Shown: piece by piece, positions 18,379-29,169 of the stretch | Position numbering within the stretch: the stretch's first letter is position 1 | How the letters are laid out: each line of letters opens with the position of its first letter | Source of the DNA: an uncultured Candidatus Rokubacteria bacterium | GTDB lineage: Bacteria; Methylomirabilota; Methylomirabilia; Rokubacteriales; DASRDR01 | DNA: 64,000 bases | Direction: 5' to 3' | Assembly: GCA_963826115.1 (NCBI GenBank) | Contig: CAWGVS010000005.1 | Span: 1,888,001-1,952,000, forward strand | Notes under the pieces: generated by a model | What the model saw: only the letters and a program-made list of their open reading frames with translations | Databases searched by the model: none | What the model was told of the DNA's origin: nothing | Made by a program: the position numbers and the translations under genes

Positions 18379-18944
18379 GATCCGCCTCCCGTCCGCGAGA
18401 AGAACGCCTCGGCCCGCCGGGCGATCTCGCGCGCCGACAGGTCTTCCTTGTGCGTGGCCAGCCCCCATTCGTGGCCGAACGGGTCGGCAACCTTGGCGTA
18501 GCGGTCCCCCCAGAACATGTCCGTTACCGGCATCCGGACCTCGGCGCCCGCCGCCACCGCGCGCCGGAACGCGCGGTCCACGTCCCGGACGTAGAGGTGC
18601 AGCGTGCCGGTCGCTCCGCCGAGTGTCTGCGGGGCGCGGCAGCCCATGTCCGGGAACTCGTCGGCCAGGAACACGATCGAGTCTCCGATCTGCAGCTCCG
18701 CGTGCATGATCGTCTTGCCGTCCGGGAGCGGCATGCGCCCGCGCTCGCGGGCGCCGAAGGCGCGGCGGTAGAACTCGATCGCGTCGGCCGCTCCGCGTAC
18801 GGTCAGGTGGGGCGTGACGGTGTGGTAGCCCCGCGGGATCGCCGCCGCACGACCGACCGCCCGCGCCGCGTGGCGCCGCCTGCGGCGCTCGGGTCCGACG
18901 ACCTTCGCCCGCGCGGTCGCCTTCCTGCTGGCCGCCTTCCTCAT
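18375..18944 (-). CDS. VOC/glyoxalase (PhnB-like) protein with basic N-terminal tail
   Basis: GYHTVTPHL, AIEFYRRAFGA, HAELQIGDS, DMFWGDRY..VADPFGHEW. Confidence 0.88.
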   Translation of the reverse strand: MRKAASRKATARAKVVGPERRRRRHAARAVGRAAAIPRGYHTVTPHLTVRGAADAIEFYRRAFGARERGRMPLPDGKTIMHAELQIGDSIVFLADEFPDMGCRAPQTLGGATGTLHLYVRDVDRAFRRAVAAGAEVRMPVTDMFWGDRYAKVADPFGHEWGLATHKEDLSAREIARRAEAFFSRTGGGS

Positions 18945-20224
18945 GGCGCTCCCGTCCTTTCTCGCCGGTCCACCACCCGGACCGACTTGCCGGTGGGCCG
19001 CGGGATCTCCCCGGGGGCCATCGGCCGGATCTCCGGCGTGAGACTGAGCCGATCTCTCAGCTCGCGCAAGAGGCGGGTCTCCGCGGCCGGGTCGAACGCG
19101 GGGCCGGCCTCGACGCACAGGACCAGATGGTCGCCGCGCTGGGCGTCCCGGTCCAGCACGATCTGGTACTCGTGGTCGAGCCCCGGTTGGCGGAGGAGAA
19201 TCTGCTCGACCTGGCTCGGATAGAAGTTCACGCCCTTGAAGATGACCATGTCGTCCGTGCGGCCGTGGAAGCGGTCCAGGCGGACGCCGGTGCGTCCGCA
19301 CGCGCACCGCTCCCGCGACCGGATGCGCGTGACGTCCCGCGTCCGGTAGCGGACCAGCGGCAGCCCCTGCCGCGTGAGCGTGGTCACGACCAGCTCGCCC
19401 CGCTCGGCGTCGGGCAGCACCCGGCCGGTCGCGGGATCGATGATCTCCGGGAGGTAGTGGTCGTCCCACACGTGGATGCCGTCGCGCGCCTCGCACTCGA
19501 TCCCCATGCCGGGGCCGCCCGTCTCCGTCATGCCAATGAGGTCGTGGGTCCGGACGCCCATCTCCGTCTCGATCCGGGCCCTGAGCGCATCGGACCACGG
19601 CTCGGATCCGAGGAGGGCGACGCGCAGCCGGGTCGACCGGAAGTCGAACCCTTCCTCGCGCGCCACCTCGATCATGCGCAAGGGGTACGTCGCGATCGCC
19701 GCGAGCGCGGTCGCCCCGAGGTCCCGCAGGAGCTGGAGCTGGAGGAGCGTCCGGCCGGCCCCGACCGGGATCACCATGGCGCCGAGCGCCTCGGCCCCGA
19801 AGTGGAAGCCGAAGCCGCCCGTGAACAGGCCGAACGACGCGGTTACCAGCAGCACGTCCCGCGCCGTGACCCCGGCCACCGCGAGCGAGCGCGCCATGAC
19901 CTCGCGCCACTGGTCGATGTCGGCGGCGGTGTACGGGTTGACGACCGGCGAGCCCGTCGTCCCGGACGACATCTGTATCCGGCGGATCGGCTCGGGCCCG
20001 TGACAGGCCATCTCGAACGGATACCCGTCGCGGAGCCGCTCCTTCGTCAGGAAGGGCAGCCGCCGGAGATCGTCGAGCGAGGTCAGATCGCCCGGGGCGA
20101 CCGCGCCGAGGTGCCGCCGGTAGGCCGGATTCCGGGCGACGCGACCAAGCGTGTCCCGGAGCCGCTCGAGCTGGAGGGCATCGAGCGCCGCCCGATCGCG
20201 CGTCTCCTCGGTCGGCTGGAACAT
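18941..20224 (-). CDS. Phenylacetate-CoA ligase (PaaK) family aryl-acetate CoA ligase
   Basis: SSGTTG, FGLFTGGFG, GSEPWS, GMTE, RYRTRD, GRTDDM...KGVN. Confidence 0.92.
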   Translation of the reverse strand: MFQPTEETRDRAALDALQLERLRDTLGRVARNPAYRRHLGAVAPGDLTSLDDLRRLPFLTKERLRDGYPFEMACHGPEPIRRIQMSSGTTGSPVVNPYTAADIDQWREVMARSLAVAGVTARDVLLVTASFGLFTGGFGFHFGAEALGAMVIPVGAGRTLLQLQLLRDLGATALAAIATYPLRMIEVAREEGFDFRSTRLRVALLGSEPWSDALRARIETEMGVRTHDLIGMTETGGPGMGIECEARDGIHVWDDHYLPEIIDPATGRVLPDAERGELVVTTLTRQGLPLVRYRTRDVTRIRSRERCACGRTGVRLDRFHGRTDDMVIFKGVNFYPSQVEQILLRQPGLDHEYQIVLDRDAQRGDHLVLCVEAGPAFDPAAETRLLRELRDRLSLTPEIRPMAPGEIPRPTGKSVRVVDRRERTGAP

Positions 20225-20237
20225 GACGGCGGCCCGG

Positions 20238-20348
20238 TCAGGCCCCGAGCGTCCGGCGAGCGAGCCGGCGTCGTCGCGGCCGGGCCAACGCCGGCAGGCC
20301 CGGTCCGGCCGCCGTCACCGCCTCGACACCCACGCGAGAGCGGTCCAT
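20238..20348 (-). CDS. Putative 36-aa upstream small ORF
   Basis: SD GGAGGAGG (20364-20357) before ATG 20348 and a TACAAT -10-like box at 20416-20411. Ends 13 nt before the ligase start. Confidence 0.35.
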   Translation of the reverse strand: MDRSRVGVEAVTAAGPGLPALARPRRRRLARRTLGA

Positions 20349-20533
20349 TCGGTCTGCCTCCTCCGGCGCCCGGCCGACGACCACCCGCGGGATCGGCCAG
20401 GAAGGGGCCCATTGTATGTCAGGAGATCGCGGCGCCGCCCGGAGGGCCCGGAATCCCGGCGCAGCCCGGACGCGTCCAATAGGCGGCGTCAGGAACCGGC
20501 CCGTGGTGGGCCGGCCATCGCCGGGAGGATCCG

Positions 20534-20872
20534 ATGACGAACGCAACTTCCGAGTCCGCGACGCTCCGGCTCACGGAGCGCAACTTTGCCGAGATCGTCG
20601 CGGCCACGCCGCTGCTCCTCGTGGACTTCTGGGCTCCGTGGTGCGGGCCTTGCCGCGCGGTCGCCCCGACCCTCGAGGAGATCGCCCGCGCCGAGGCGGG
20701 GCGCGTCGTGGTGGCGAAGGTGAACGTGGACGAGGAGCCGACCCTCGCGCAGCGCTACCAGGTGCAGGCCATCCCGACCCTGATGTTCTTCAAGGATGGC
20801 CAGGTCGTCGACACGCTGGTGGGAGCGCCGCCGAAGGCCGACCTCGCCCGCCGCGTCGCCGCCCTCGTCTAG
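20534..20872 (+). CDS. trxA: Thioredoxin
   Basis: VDFWAPWCGPC, KVNVDE, IPTL. SD GGAGG. Confidence 0.95.
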   Translation: MTNATSESATLRLTERNFAEIVAATPLLLVDFWAPWCGPCRAVAPTLEEIARAEAGRVVVAKVNVDEEPTLAQRYQVQAIPTLMFFKDGQVVDTLVGAPPKADLARRVAALV

Positions 20873-20995
20873 CCCGGAGGGCCGGATCCCGGGCCTCGCG
20901 GGTCCGGCCGGCTCTCCGTCCCGCATCGCCGCCGGGCCGCGCCTTGCGGCCGGCGCCGGCCGCGCCGTATCCTCGGCTCCGGAGGGAACGGAGAC

Positions 20996-22261
20996 GTGAG
21001 GGTGCTGGTGCTGGGCGGTGGCATCGCGGGCGTCACGGCCGCGTACTTCCTCGCGAAGGACGGCCACGAGGTCACCCTCCTCGAGGAGCAAGAGGGTGTC
21101 GGCCGCGACGCGAGTGCCGCCAACGCCGGCATCATCGCTCCCGGCCACTCGTTCGCGTGGGCCTCCCCCAAGGCCCCCGGCATGCTCGTCCGGTCGCTCT
21201 TCGGCCACGAGACCGCCATCCGCGTCCGTCCTCGACTCGATCCCGCGCTGATCGCCTGGGGGATCCGCTTCCTCCGCGAGTGCACGGCGACGCGCGCCCG
21301 CCGGAACACGCTCGTGAAGCTCCGTCTGTGCCAGTACAGCCAGGCCGTGATGACGGACCTCGTGGGCGCCGAGGGCATCGAGTACCACGCGGTGAGCCGC
21401 GGCGCCCTCTACCTCTTCCGAGACCCGCGGGAGCTCGAGGCCGGCGCGCGGAAGATGGCCCTCCTCGCCGAGCACGGGCAGCGCCAGGAGGTCCTCGACC
21501 CGGCGCAGGTCGCGCGGCTCGATCCCGCCTTCGAGCCGGTCCGCGACAAGATCGCGGGCGCCGTGCGGGACCTCGGCGACACCAGCGGGGACTCGCAGCT
21601 GTTCACGGAGAACCTGGCCCGGATCTGCCGCGACAAGCTGGGGGTCACCGTGCGGCTCGGCGTGCGCGTCACGGGACTGCAGGCCGAGGGCGACCACGTC
21701 ACCGCAGCCGTCACCACGGCCGGCGTGTTCGCGGCCGACGCGTACGTCCTGGCGCTCGGGGTCGGGGCCCCGCTCGTCGCGCGCACCATCGGCGTGCGGC
21801 TCGGGATCTATCCGGCGAAGGGATACTCGTCCACGTTTCCCGTTCGCGCGGACGGCCTGGCGCCGACGGTCCCTGGGGTCGACGAGCAGTGGCTCGTGGG
21901 CTGGTCGCGGCAGGGCGACCGCCTCCGGCTCACGTCGACCGCCGAGTTCGCGGGCTACGACCGGAGCCACACGCCGCGCGACTTCAACAACATCCTGCGG
22001 CTCGCGCGGGACCTCTTCCCCGACGCCGCGGACTGGACGCGCGGCCAGTACCGGGCGTGTCTCCGGCCCATGACTCCTGACGGTCCGCCCGTGCTGGGGC
22101 GGGGACGGCACCGGAACCTCTACTTCAACGCCGGCCACGGACACATGGGCTGGACGATGGCGTTCGGCACCGCGCGGATCGTGACGGACCTGATCGCGGG
22201 ACGGACACCGGATCACGATCCGGCCGGACTCGGGCCGCGGCCGGTCGCCGGGGGACTCTGA
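20996..22261 (+). CDS. D-amino acid dehydrogenase (DadA family)
   Basis: GGGIAG FAD motif, ASAANAG, IYPAKGYS, ACLRPMTPDG, GHGHMGWT. Confidence 0.9.
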   Translation: MRVLVLGGGIAGVTAAYFLAKDGHEVTLLEEQEGVGRDASAANAGIIAPGHSFAWASPKAPGMLVRSLFGHETAIRVRPRLDPALIAWGIRFLRECTATRARRNTLVKLRLCQYSQAVMTDLVGAEGIEYHAVSRGALYLFRDPRELEAGARKMALLAEHGQRQEVLDPAQVARLDPAFEPVRDKIAGAVRDLGDTSGDSQLFTENLARICRDKLGVTVRLGVRVTGLQAEGDHVTAAVTTAGVFAADAYVLALGVGAPLVARTIGVRLGIYPAKGYSSTFPVRADGLAPTVPGVDEQWLVGWSRQGDRLRLTSTAEFAGYDRSHTPRDFNNILRLARDLFPDAADWTRGQYRACLRPMTPDGPPVLGRGRHRNLYFNAGHGHMGWTMAFGTARIVTDLIAGRTPDHDPAGLGPRPVAGGL

Positions 22262-22302
22262 GGCGCGGCGGCAGCGCCGCTGCCGCGATCAGCTCTCGTC
22301 CG

Positions 22303-24498
22303 ATGGCGCCGGACTCGCCGGACCGGGCGCCTCGATTCCGGCTCGGCGGCGCGATGGTCGTGGCCGTCCTCCTCGCGCTCTGCCTGCGCCTCTACTTCGT
22401 CTTGACCCCTCACGGCGTGCTCGACGCCGACGAGGCGATCGTCGGCCTCATGGGGCGCCACATCCTCCAGGGTGAGTTCCCGACCTTCTACTACGGTCAG
22501 CGGTACATGGGCGCGCTCGAGCCCTCGCTCGCCGCCCTGGGCTTCGCCATCGGCGGCGCGACCCCGGTCGTGCTCAAGCTCGTCTGCCTGGTGACCTCGC
22601 TCCTTCTCATCGGGCTCACGATGGAGCTCGGGCGACGCGCCCTCGGGACCGGCCCCGCGGTCATGGCCGGACTCCTGGCGGCGCTGCCGTCGCTCTTCGT
22701 GACCGTGTGGAGCGTCAAGGCCCGCGGTGGATTCGTCGAGACGCTCGTCCTCGGCATGGTCGCCCTCCTGCTCGCGCATCGCACCGTGCGTGGCGCCGCC
22801 ATCGGCCGCCGCCGCGCCGCCCTGGTCCTCGGTCTCGTCGGGGGTCTCGCGTGGTGGACGTGCCAGCTGGTCGTGTCCTTCCTGGCGGCGGCGGGGATCC
22901 TGATCCTCCGCGGCGCCGGATGGCGCGGCGCGCTCCGCATCGCGCCGGCCACGGCGACGGGCTTCGCCCTCGGCGGCCTCCCGATGTGGCTCGTCGGCCT
23001 GTTCGGCGACCTCGGCCTGGCGTCGATGTGGGAAGCGGCCTCGCCGGTCACGGCGGCCGCGCAGCTCGGGAACGTCCTGACGATCGGGCTGCCCGGCCTC
23101 CTCGGGCCCGCGGGGACGTGGCCCGCGGCCCCCGCGATCGGAGGGCTCACGGCGCCGCTGCTCACGCTCTACGCGGTGGCCTGGCTCTCGCTCGCGTGGA
23201 CCCGCATGCAGACGTGGCGGCGCGGCCAGCCGGGGGCAGCCGGCGCCGCCGGCGCGGCCCTGGAGGCGATCCTCGCCCTCCCGCTCTTCACCATCCTCGC
23301 GTGTGCGCTGAGCAGCTTCGGATGGTTCGTGTCGGAGCCGCGCTACCTCCTGCCGGTCGCGACGGCGATGCCTCTCGTGGTCGCCGCCTGGCTCGCGGGG
23401 CTGTGGCAGCTGGGCTGGCGACCCGCGGCCGCCGTCCTCGGTGCAGCGGTCCTCGCCGCGAACCTCGCGGGACACCTCCTCGCGCCCTGGACCGCGGCGC
23501 GCGAGGCGCCGGCCTCGCTGGCGGACGCCGTGGCGTTCTTCGAGACCCACCGGATCCCCGTCGTGGCGACGACTTACTGGATCGCGTCGAGGCTCTCGTT
23601 CGAGAGCGGCGAGCGGGTCATCGGCGTCGCGCTACGGGACGCGCCCGATCGCTACCCGCCCTACTCCGCGCGGGCCCGCCGCGAGGGCCGGCTCGCCTAC
23701 GCCTTCTTTCCTGGAACCGCCGATATCGGCGCCGTCGACCAAAAGCTCGCCGCCCTCGGCATGCGGCACGCCCGGACCCCGGTCTCGGAGCTGGTCGTGC
23801 TCCACGACCTCCGCCTACCCGGACTGGACGCGCCGCCGCCGGGGCTCTTGTTCGAAGCGCTCGAGCGCCTGCCGGTCCCGGACGCGCGGCTCAGGATCGC
23901 CGCGGCGTACGAGGCCGCCGGCCTGTCCGCGCAGGCCATCGCTCACCTCGAGGCCGTTCTCGACTCCGACTTCACGGCCGGGGCCGCGGGGTTCGACCGC
24001 CTCCTGACGCTCTACCGGTCGAGCGGCCAGTCGCGCAAGGCGATCGCGCTCGCGACGCGCCGGGCCGCGCTCTTCACCCCGGCCGTGGCCCGCGAGGTGA
24101 GCTTCGGCGAGGTCGTGCGGCTGATCGGTTACACCCTGAGCGCATCGACCGTACGCGCCGGCGACCGTCTGCGGCTCGTCTGCTTCTGGTCGACGCGCCG
24201 CAACCTGCCGATCGACCTCTACCTCGGCGTCCAGCTGACCGGCGACGGGGACGCGCGTCATGCGGCGACCTTCGGCCCGATCACCGGCGCCTACGGCTCG
24301 ACGTCCTGGTATCCGGACGAGGTGACCCGCGGGAGCCACGAGATCCCGATCCCCCGGGACTTGGCTCCCGGGCGGTATGCTCTCCGGCTCCGCCTGTGGG
24401 AGCCGGAAGAGGTGGAGCCCGACCTACGGCCGCGGGTGTCAGGCACGAGCAGCCGGTGGCTCACTCTGACGGAGATCGACGTCGCGCCGGCGCCCTGA
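22303..24498 (+). CDS. GT-C (ArnT/PMT-like) membrane glycosyltransferase with C-terminal periplasmic domain
   Basis: DADEAIVGLM, FYYGQRYMG, many TM helices, PRYLLP, C-terminal FGEVVRLIGY...PGRY.L domain. Confidence 0.8.
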   Translation: MAPDSPDRAPRFRLGGAMVVAVLLALCLRLYFVLTPHGVLDADEAIVGLMGRHILQGEFPTFYYGQRYMGALEPSLAALGFAIGGATPVVLKLVCLVTSLLLIGLTMELGRRALGTGPAVMAGLLAALPSLFVTVWSVKARGGFVETLVLGMVALLLAHRTVRGAAIGRRRAALVLGLVGGLAWWTCQLVVSFLAAAGILILRGAGWRGALRIAPATATGFALGGLPMWLVGLFGDLGLASMWEAASPVTAAAQLGNVLTIGLPGLLGPAGTWPAAPAIGGLTAPLLTLYAVAWLSLAWTRMQTWRRGQPGAAGAAGAALEAILALPLFTILACALSSFGWFVSEPRYLLPVATAMPLVVAAWLAGLWQLGWRPAAAVLGAAVLAANLAGHLLAPWTAAREAPASLADAVAFFETHRIPVVATTYWIASRLSFESGERVIGVALRDAPDRYPPYSARARREGRLAYAFFPGTADIGAVDQKLAALGMRHARTPVSELVVLHDLRLPGLDAPPPGLLFEALERLPVPDARLRIAAAYEAAGLSAQAIAHLEAVLDSDFTAGAAGFDRLLTLYRSSGQSRKAIALATRRAALFTPAVAREVSFGEVVRLIGYTLSASTVRAGDRLRLVCFWSTRRNLPIDLYLGVQLTGDGDARHAATFGPITGAYGSTSWYPDEVTRGSHEIPIPRDLAPGRYALRLRLWEPEEVEPDLRPRVSGTSSRWLTLTEIDVAPAP

Positions 24499-24518
24499 CC
24501 GCCCCTCGGCAGTTTTGG

Positions 24519-24546
24519 TTGACACACAACACATGACGAGTACTAT
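24519..24546 (+). promoter_or_regulatory. Sigma70 promoter, probably leaderless, for the alkB-like gene
   Basis: TTGACA 24519-24524, 16-bp spacer, TACTAT 24541-24546, ATG 6 nt later, no SD. Confidence 0.7.
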
Positions 24547-24552
24547 CGCCTC

Positions 24553-25170
24553 ATGTCCGCCCTCGCCGAGCAGGCCTGTCTCTTCGGCTCCGGGGCGCCC
24601 CGCCTCGACCCCGCGTTCGCCGGTCTCCGCCGGCTGACACTCGGCGCCGGCGCCTGGGTGGAGCACCTCCCCGGCTGGCTCGCGGGACACGACGCCGTCT
24701 TCGAGACCCTCCGTCAAACGACGCGCTGGGAGCATCACCGGCGGCGGATGTACGAGCGGATCGTCGACGTTCCGCGTCTCGTCGCGAGCCTGCCGGACGA
24801 CGGTCCGGGCCACCCCGTTCTCGAGGAGGCTGCGGCCGCGCTCTCCCGGCGCTACGGGCTCGACCTCACGAGCGTCTCGCTCGCCTACTACCGGGACGGC
24901 CGTGACAGCGTCGCCTGGCACGGCGACCGTCTGGGCCGGCTGGCCGACGACACGGTGGTCGCCATCCTCTCGCTCGGGGAGCCGCGCCGCTTCCTGCTGC
25001 GGCCCGCGGCGGGCGGCGCGTCCCGCGCGTTCGAGCTGGGCTGGGGCGATCTCCTCGTCATGGGCGGGGCCTGCCAGCGGACGTGGCAGCACGCCGTGCC
25101 CAAGGCAACCCGGGCCGGGCCGCGGATGAGCGTGCAGTTCCGGCCGATCGCGGTCGACGAGGAGGCGTGA
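24553..25170 (+). CDS. AlkB-family 2OG-Fe(II) dioxygenase (ALKBH2/3-like)
   Basis: VPRL, YYRDGRDSVAWHGD, LSLG..R.F, WQHAVPK, RMSVQFR. Confidence 0.92.
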   Translation: MSALAEQACLFGSGAPRLDPAFAGLRRLTLGAGAWVEHLPGWLAGHDAVFETLRQTTRWEHHRRRMYERIVDVPRLVASLPDDGPGHPVLEEAAAALSRRYGLDLTSVSLAYYRDGRDSVAWHGDRLGRLADDTVVAILSLGEPRRFLLRPAAGGASRAFELGWGDLLVMGGACQRTWQHAVPKATRAGPRMSVQFRPIAVDEEA

Positions 25171-25189
25171 GCCGGAGCGGCGGCAGCCG

Positions 25190-25969
25190 TCAGCCGCCCG
25201 TGAACCGGGGCGCGCGCTTCGCGAGGAAGGCGTCCATCCCTTCCCGCGCGTCCGCCGTGCGGATGAGCTCCGCGACCGCGGCCGCCTCGATCGCCAGCCC
25301 CTCGTCGAGGGGGCGCCCGTAGCCCTGGTAGACGCAGCGCTTCAGGAGGCCGATCGCGCGCGTGGGGCCGGCCGCCAGGCGCTCCGCGACGTCGCGCGCG
25401 GTCTGGGGCAGGAGATCGGGGGGCACGACGTCGTCGACGAGGCCGACCGCGCGCGCCTCGTCCGCCGTGAGGCGGCGGCCCTCGATCATGAGCCGGAGGG
25501 CCCGGGCGGGCCCGATCAGGCGGGCGAGGCGCTGGGTCCCCCCGGCGCCCGGGAAGAACCCGAGCCGGATCTCCGGGAAGCCGATCTCCGCGCCCCGGGC
25601 CATCAGGCGGAAGTCGCATGCCAGCGCCAGCTCGGCGCCACCCCCGAGCGCGTAGCCGTTGATGGCGGCCACCACCGGCTTCTCCATGCCCTCGAAGGCC
25701 GCTTGCACCTCGACCCACCGGCGCGCGCGGCGCTGGTTCTCCGGAGACAGGTCGCGGAGCATCGTGATGTCCGCGCCGGCGCAGAACCGGCGCTCCCGGC
25801 CGGTCACGATCACGGCCCGGACGGCGCGGTCGGCGCCCACCTCGGCGACGACCCGCAGGAACTCGTCGATCACCGCGAGGTCGACGGCGTTCACCGGGGG
25901 CCGATCGAGGGTGACGATGGCGACGGCGCCGGCCCGCGTGACGGTGAGGTGGCGGATCGGATCGGTCAT
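25190..25969 (-). CDS. Enoyl-CoA hydratase/isomerase
   Basis: FCAGADI, AAINGYALGGGAELALACD, PEIRLG..PGAGGTQRL. Start ATG 25969. Confidence 0.93.
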   Translation of the reverse strand: MTDPIRHLTVTRAGAVAIVTLDRPPVNAVDLAVIDEFLRVVAEVGADRAVRAVIVTGRERRFCAGADITMLRDLSPENQRRARRWVEVQAAFEGMEKPVVAAINGYALGGGAELALACDFRLMARGAEIGFPEIRLGFFPGAGGTQRLARLIGPARALRLMIEGRRLTADEARAVGLVDDVVPPDLLPQTARDVAERLAAGPTRAIGLLKRCVYQGYGRPLDEGLAIEAAAVAELIRTADAREGMDAFLAKRAPRFTGG

Positions 25970-26018
25970 CCTCGTGCCTCCCCGCCGGTGCGGGCGACGC
26001 GCCGCCGAGCTTCGGGCG

Positions 26019-26753
26019 TCACAGGCCCCAGCCTCCGCTGACATGGACGTTCGCGCCGGTGACGTACCCCGAATCGTCGGACAGGAGGAACCGGGCCGCC
26101 GCAACCACGTCGTCCACCTGCCCGAGGTGTCCCGCGGGGATTCGCCGGAGGAGCGCCTCGAGGTCGGGGCGCGGGTATCCCTCCGTCTCGAGAATGCCCG
26201 GAGAGACCGCGTTCACGGTGATGCCGTCGGGCGCCAGGACCGCGGCCAGGGAGCGCACCAGCACGAGCAGCCCCGCCTTCGCGATGAAGTAGGCGGTGAC
26301 GTTCGGCTGGGCGCCCAGGCGATCCGCGGTCGCCAGGCCGAGCCCGAGGATCCGGCCCCAGCGGCGCTCCCGCATCCTCGGCGCCGCGGCCTGCGCGAGG
26401 AAGAGCAGCGGGTCCAGGTTCTGGCGGAAGGCCTCGCGCCACCGCTCGGGCGTCTCCTCGAGGAGCGGGCCGTCGTGGTACGGCCCGGCGCCGTGGACGA
26501 CGGCGTCGACACGGCCCCAGGCGGCCCCCACTCGCTCGACGAGCGCGCGGGCCTCCGACGGCTCGCCGAGGTCGGCCTGGAGCGCGAGGCCCGGCACCCC
26601 TTCGGCCTCGACGGCGGCCCGCGTCGCCTCCCCCGCGCGGGCGTTCGTCTTGAAGGACACGGCCACCGACCAGCCCTGGCGCGCAAGATCGAGCGCGATG
26701 CCCCGGGCGATGCCGCGCGTGGCGCCGGTAACCAGGGCCACCCGACCGGTCAT
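26019..26753 (-). CDS. Short-chain dehydrogenase/reductase
   Basis: TGATRGIA, YFIAK catalytic YxxxK, VNAVSPG, YVTGANVHVSGG. Confidence 0.88.
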   Translation of the reverse strand: MTGRVALVTGATRGIARGIALDLARQGWSVAVSFKTNARAGEATRAAVEAEGVPGLALQADLGEPSEARALVERVGAAWGRVDAVVHGAGPYHDGPLLEETPERWREAFRQNLDPLLFLAQAAAPRMRERRWGRILGLGLATADRLGAQPNVTAYFIAKAGLLVLVRSLAAVLAPDGITVNAVSPGILETEGYPRPDLEALLRRIPAGHLGQVDDVVAAARFLLSDDSGYVTGANVHVSGGWGL

Positions 26754-27234
26754 CAGTTCAGGCGGCCGCGGAGCGTGTGGAGCGCCTTCCGCGCCTCCGG
26801 GTCGGTCGGCGCCGCGCGGACGGCGCCTTCGAACTCGCGGAGCGCTTCCCACCAGCGCCCTCGTCGGAGATGGATTCGGCCGAGGTTCATGTACGGGAAC
26901 TGGCGCGGCTCGTAGCGCTTGGCGAGCTTCGCCTTCTGGAGCCAGGGGATGGCGTCATCCAGCCGGTCTCGCTGCATCAGGTACACGCCGATGTCGTTGT
27001 ATGGATTGCCGAACTCCGGATCGATCTCGATCGCCCTGAGACACTCGGCGGTCGCCTCGTCGAGCTTGCCCTGGAAGCTGTAGGTCCACCCGAGGTAGGT
27101 GTGGGCCTCGGCCGTCGGGCGGATCTCGATCGAGCGCCGGTAGGCCTCGATCGCGCGGTCGAGCTGGCCGGCCATCTGGAGGCGGCAGCCCTCCTGCCAG
27201 AGCCCGGTCGCCTGGCGGAGCGGCTCGTCGTCGG

Positions 27235-27238
<4 letters not shown>
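26753..27238 (-). CDS. Tetratricopeptide repeat protein
   Basis: Tandem TPR units (AEAHTYLGW, GNPYNDIGVYL, PYMNLGRI). Confidence 0.88.
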
Positions 27239-28199
<961 letters not shown>

Positions 28200-28200
<1 letters not shown>

Positions 28201-29159
28201 CAGGCGCCTCCGTGGAGGTGACAGGCGGCGAGATGGCCCGGCGCGATCTCCCGGAGCGGCGGCATCGCCTCGGCGCAGACCGGAACCCTGACCGGACACC
28301 GCTCGCGGAAGGGGCAGGCCGCCGGCGCGCCGGACAGGGCCGGCATGAGTCCGTCGAGCGCGGGGTTCGCGTCGTCCCGGACATCCGCCCGCACCACCTG
28401 GGCCAGGAGCCCCTGCGTGTAGGGGTGGGCGGCCGCCCGGAACAGCTCCCGGGTCGGCGCGGACTCCACCAGGCAGCCGGCATACATCACGGCAACGCGG
28501 TCGGCGAGGTGGGCCACGACACCCAGGTCGTGCGTGACGAAGAGCGTCGAGGCGCGGTGCTGGGCGTGGAGTTCCTCGAGCAGCCGCAGGATCTGCGCCT
28601 GCGTGGTCACGTCCAGCGCCGTGGTCGGCTCGTCCGCGATGACAAGCGTCGGCTCGCAGGAGAACGCCATCGCGATGAGGACACGCTGCCGCATGCCCCC
28701 CGAGAGCTCGTGCGGGTAGCGCCGGAACACCTCCGCTGGATCGGGGATCCCCATGCTCGCGAGGATCCGCGCCATCTCGGCCCGGGCGGCATCGCGCGAG
28801 AGCCCGCGATGGATCCTGAGCGCGTCGGCGGCCTGGAGGCCCACGCGGAATGCGGGGTTGAGCGCCGAGAGCGGGTCCTGGGGGATCAGGGCGATGCGGT
28901 CGCCCCTCAACCGTCGCATCTCGCCCTCCGACAGCCCGAGGAGGTCGCGCCCCTCGAGGCGGATCGCGCCGGCCTGTACCCGTCCGGGCTCGGGCAGGAG
29001 TCGCACGACGGCGCGGCCGACGGTCGACTTCCCGGCCCCGGATTCGCCGACCAGGCCGAGAACCTCCCCCGCGTCGAGCACGATGTCGACGGACCACGTG
29101 GCCAGTCGCGGCCCGTAGCGCACGGTCAGGCCGCGGATCTCGAGGGTCGGCGTGGTCAT
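28200..29159 (-). CDS. Oligopeptide/dipeptide ABC ATP-binding protein (DppD-like)
   Basis: GESGAGKS, LSGGMRQR, DEPTTALDVTTQ, HPYT. Confidence 0.93.
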
Positions 29160-29169
29160 CCGCAGCGCC

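Noticed and set aside
14933-18490. 1185-aa ORF, and similar long N-terminal extensions (5142-7202, 27235-29097, 43510-46185, 33155-34747)
   Set aside because: The extensions overlap real upstream genes in another frame, which is expected where stop codons are scarce at high GC. Starts were reset.
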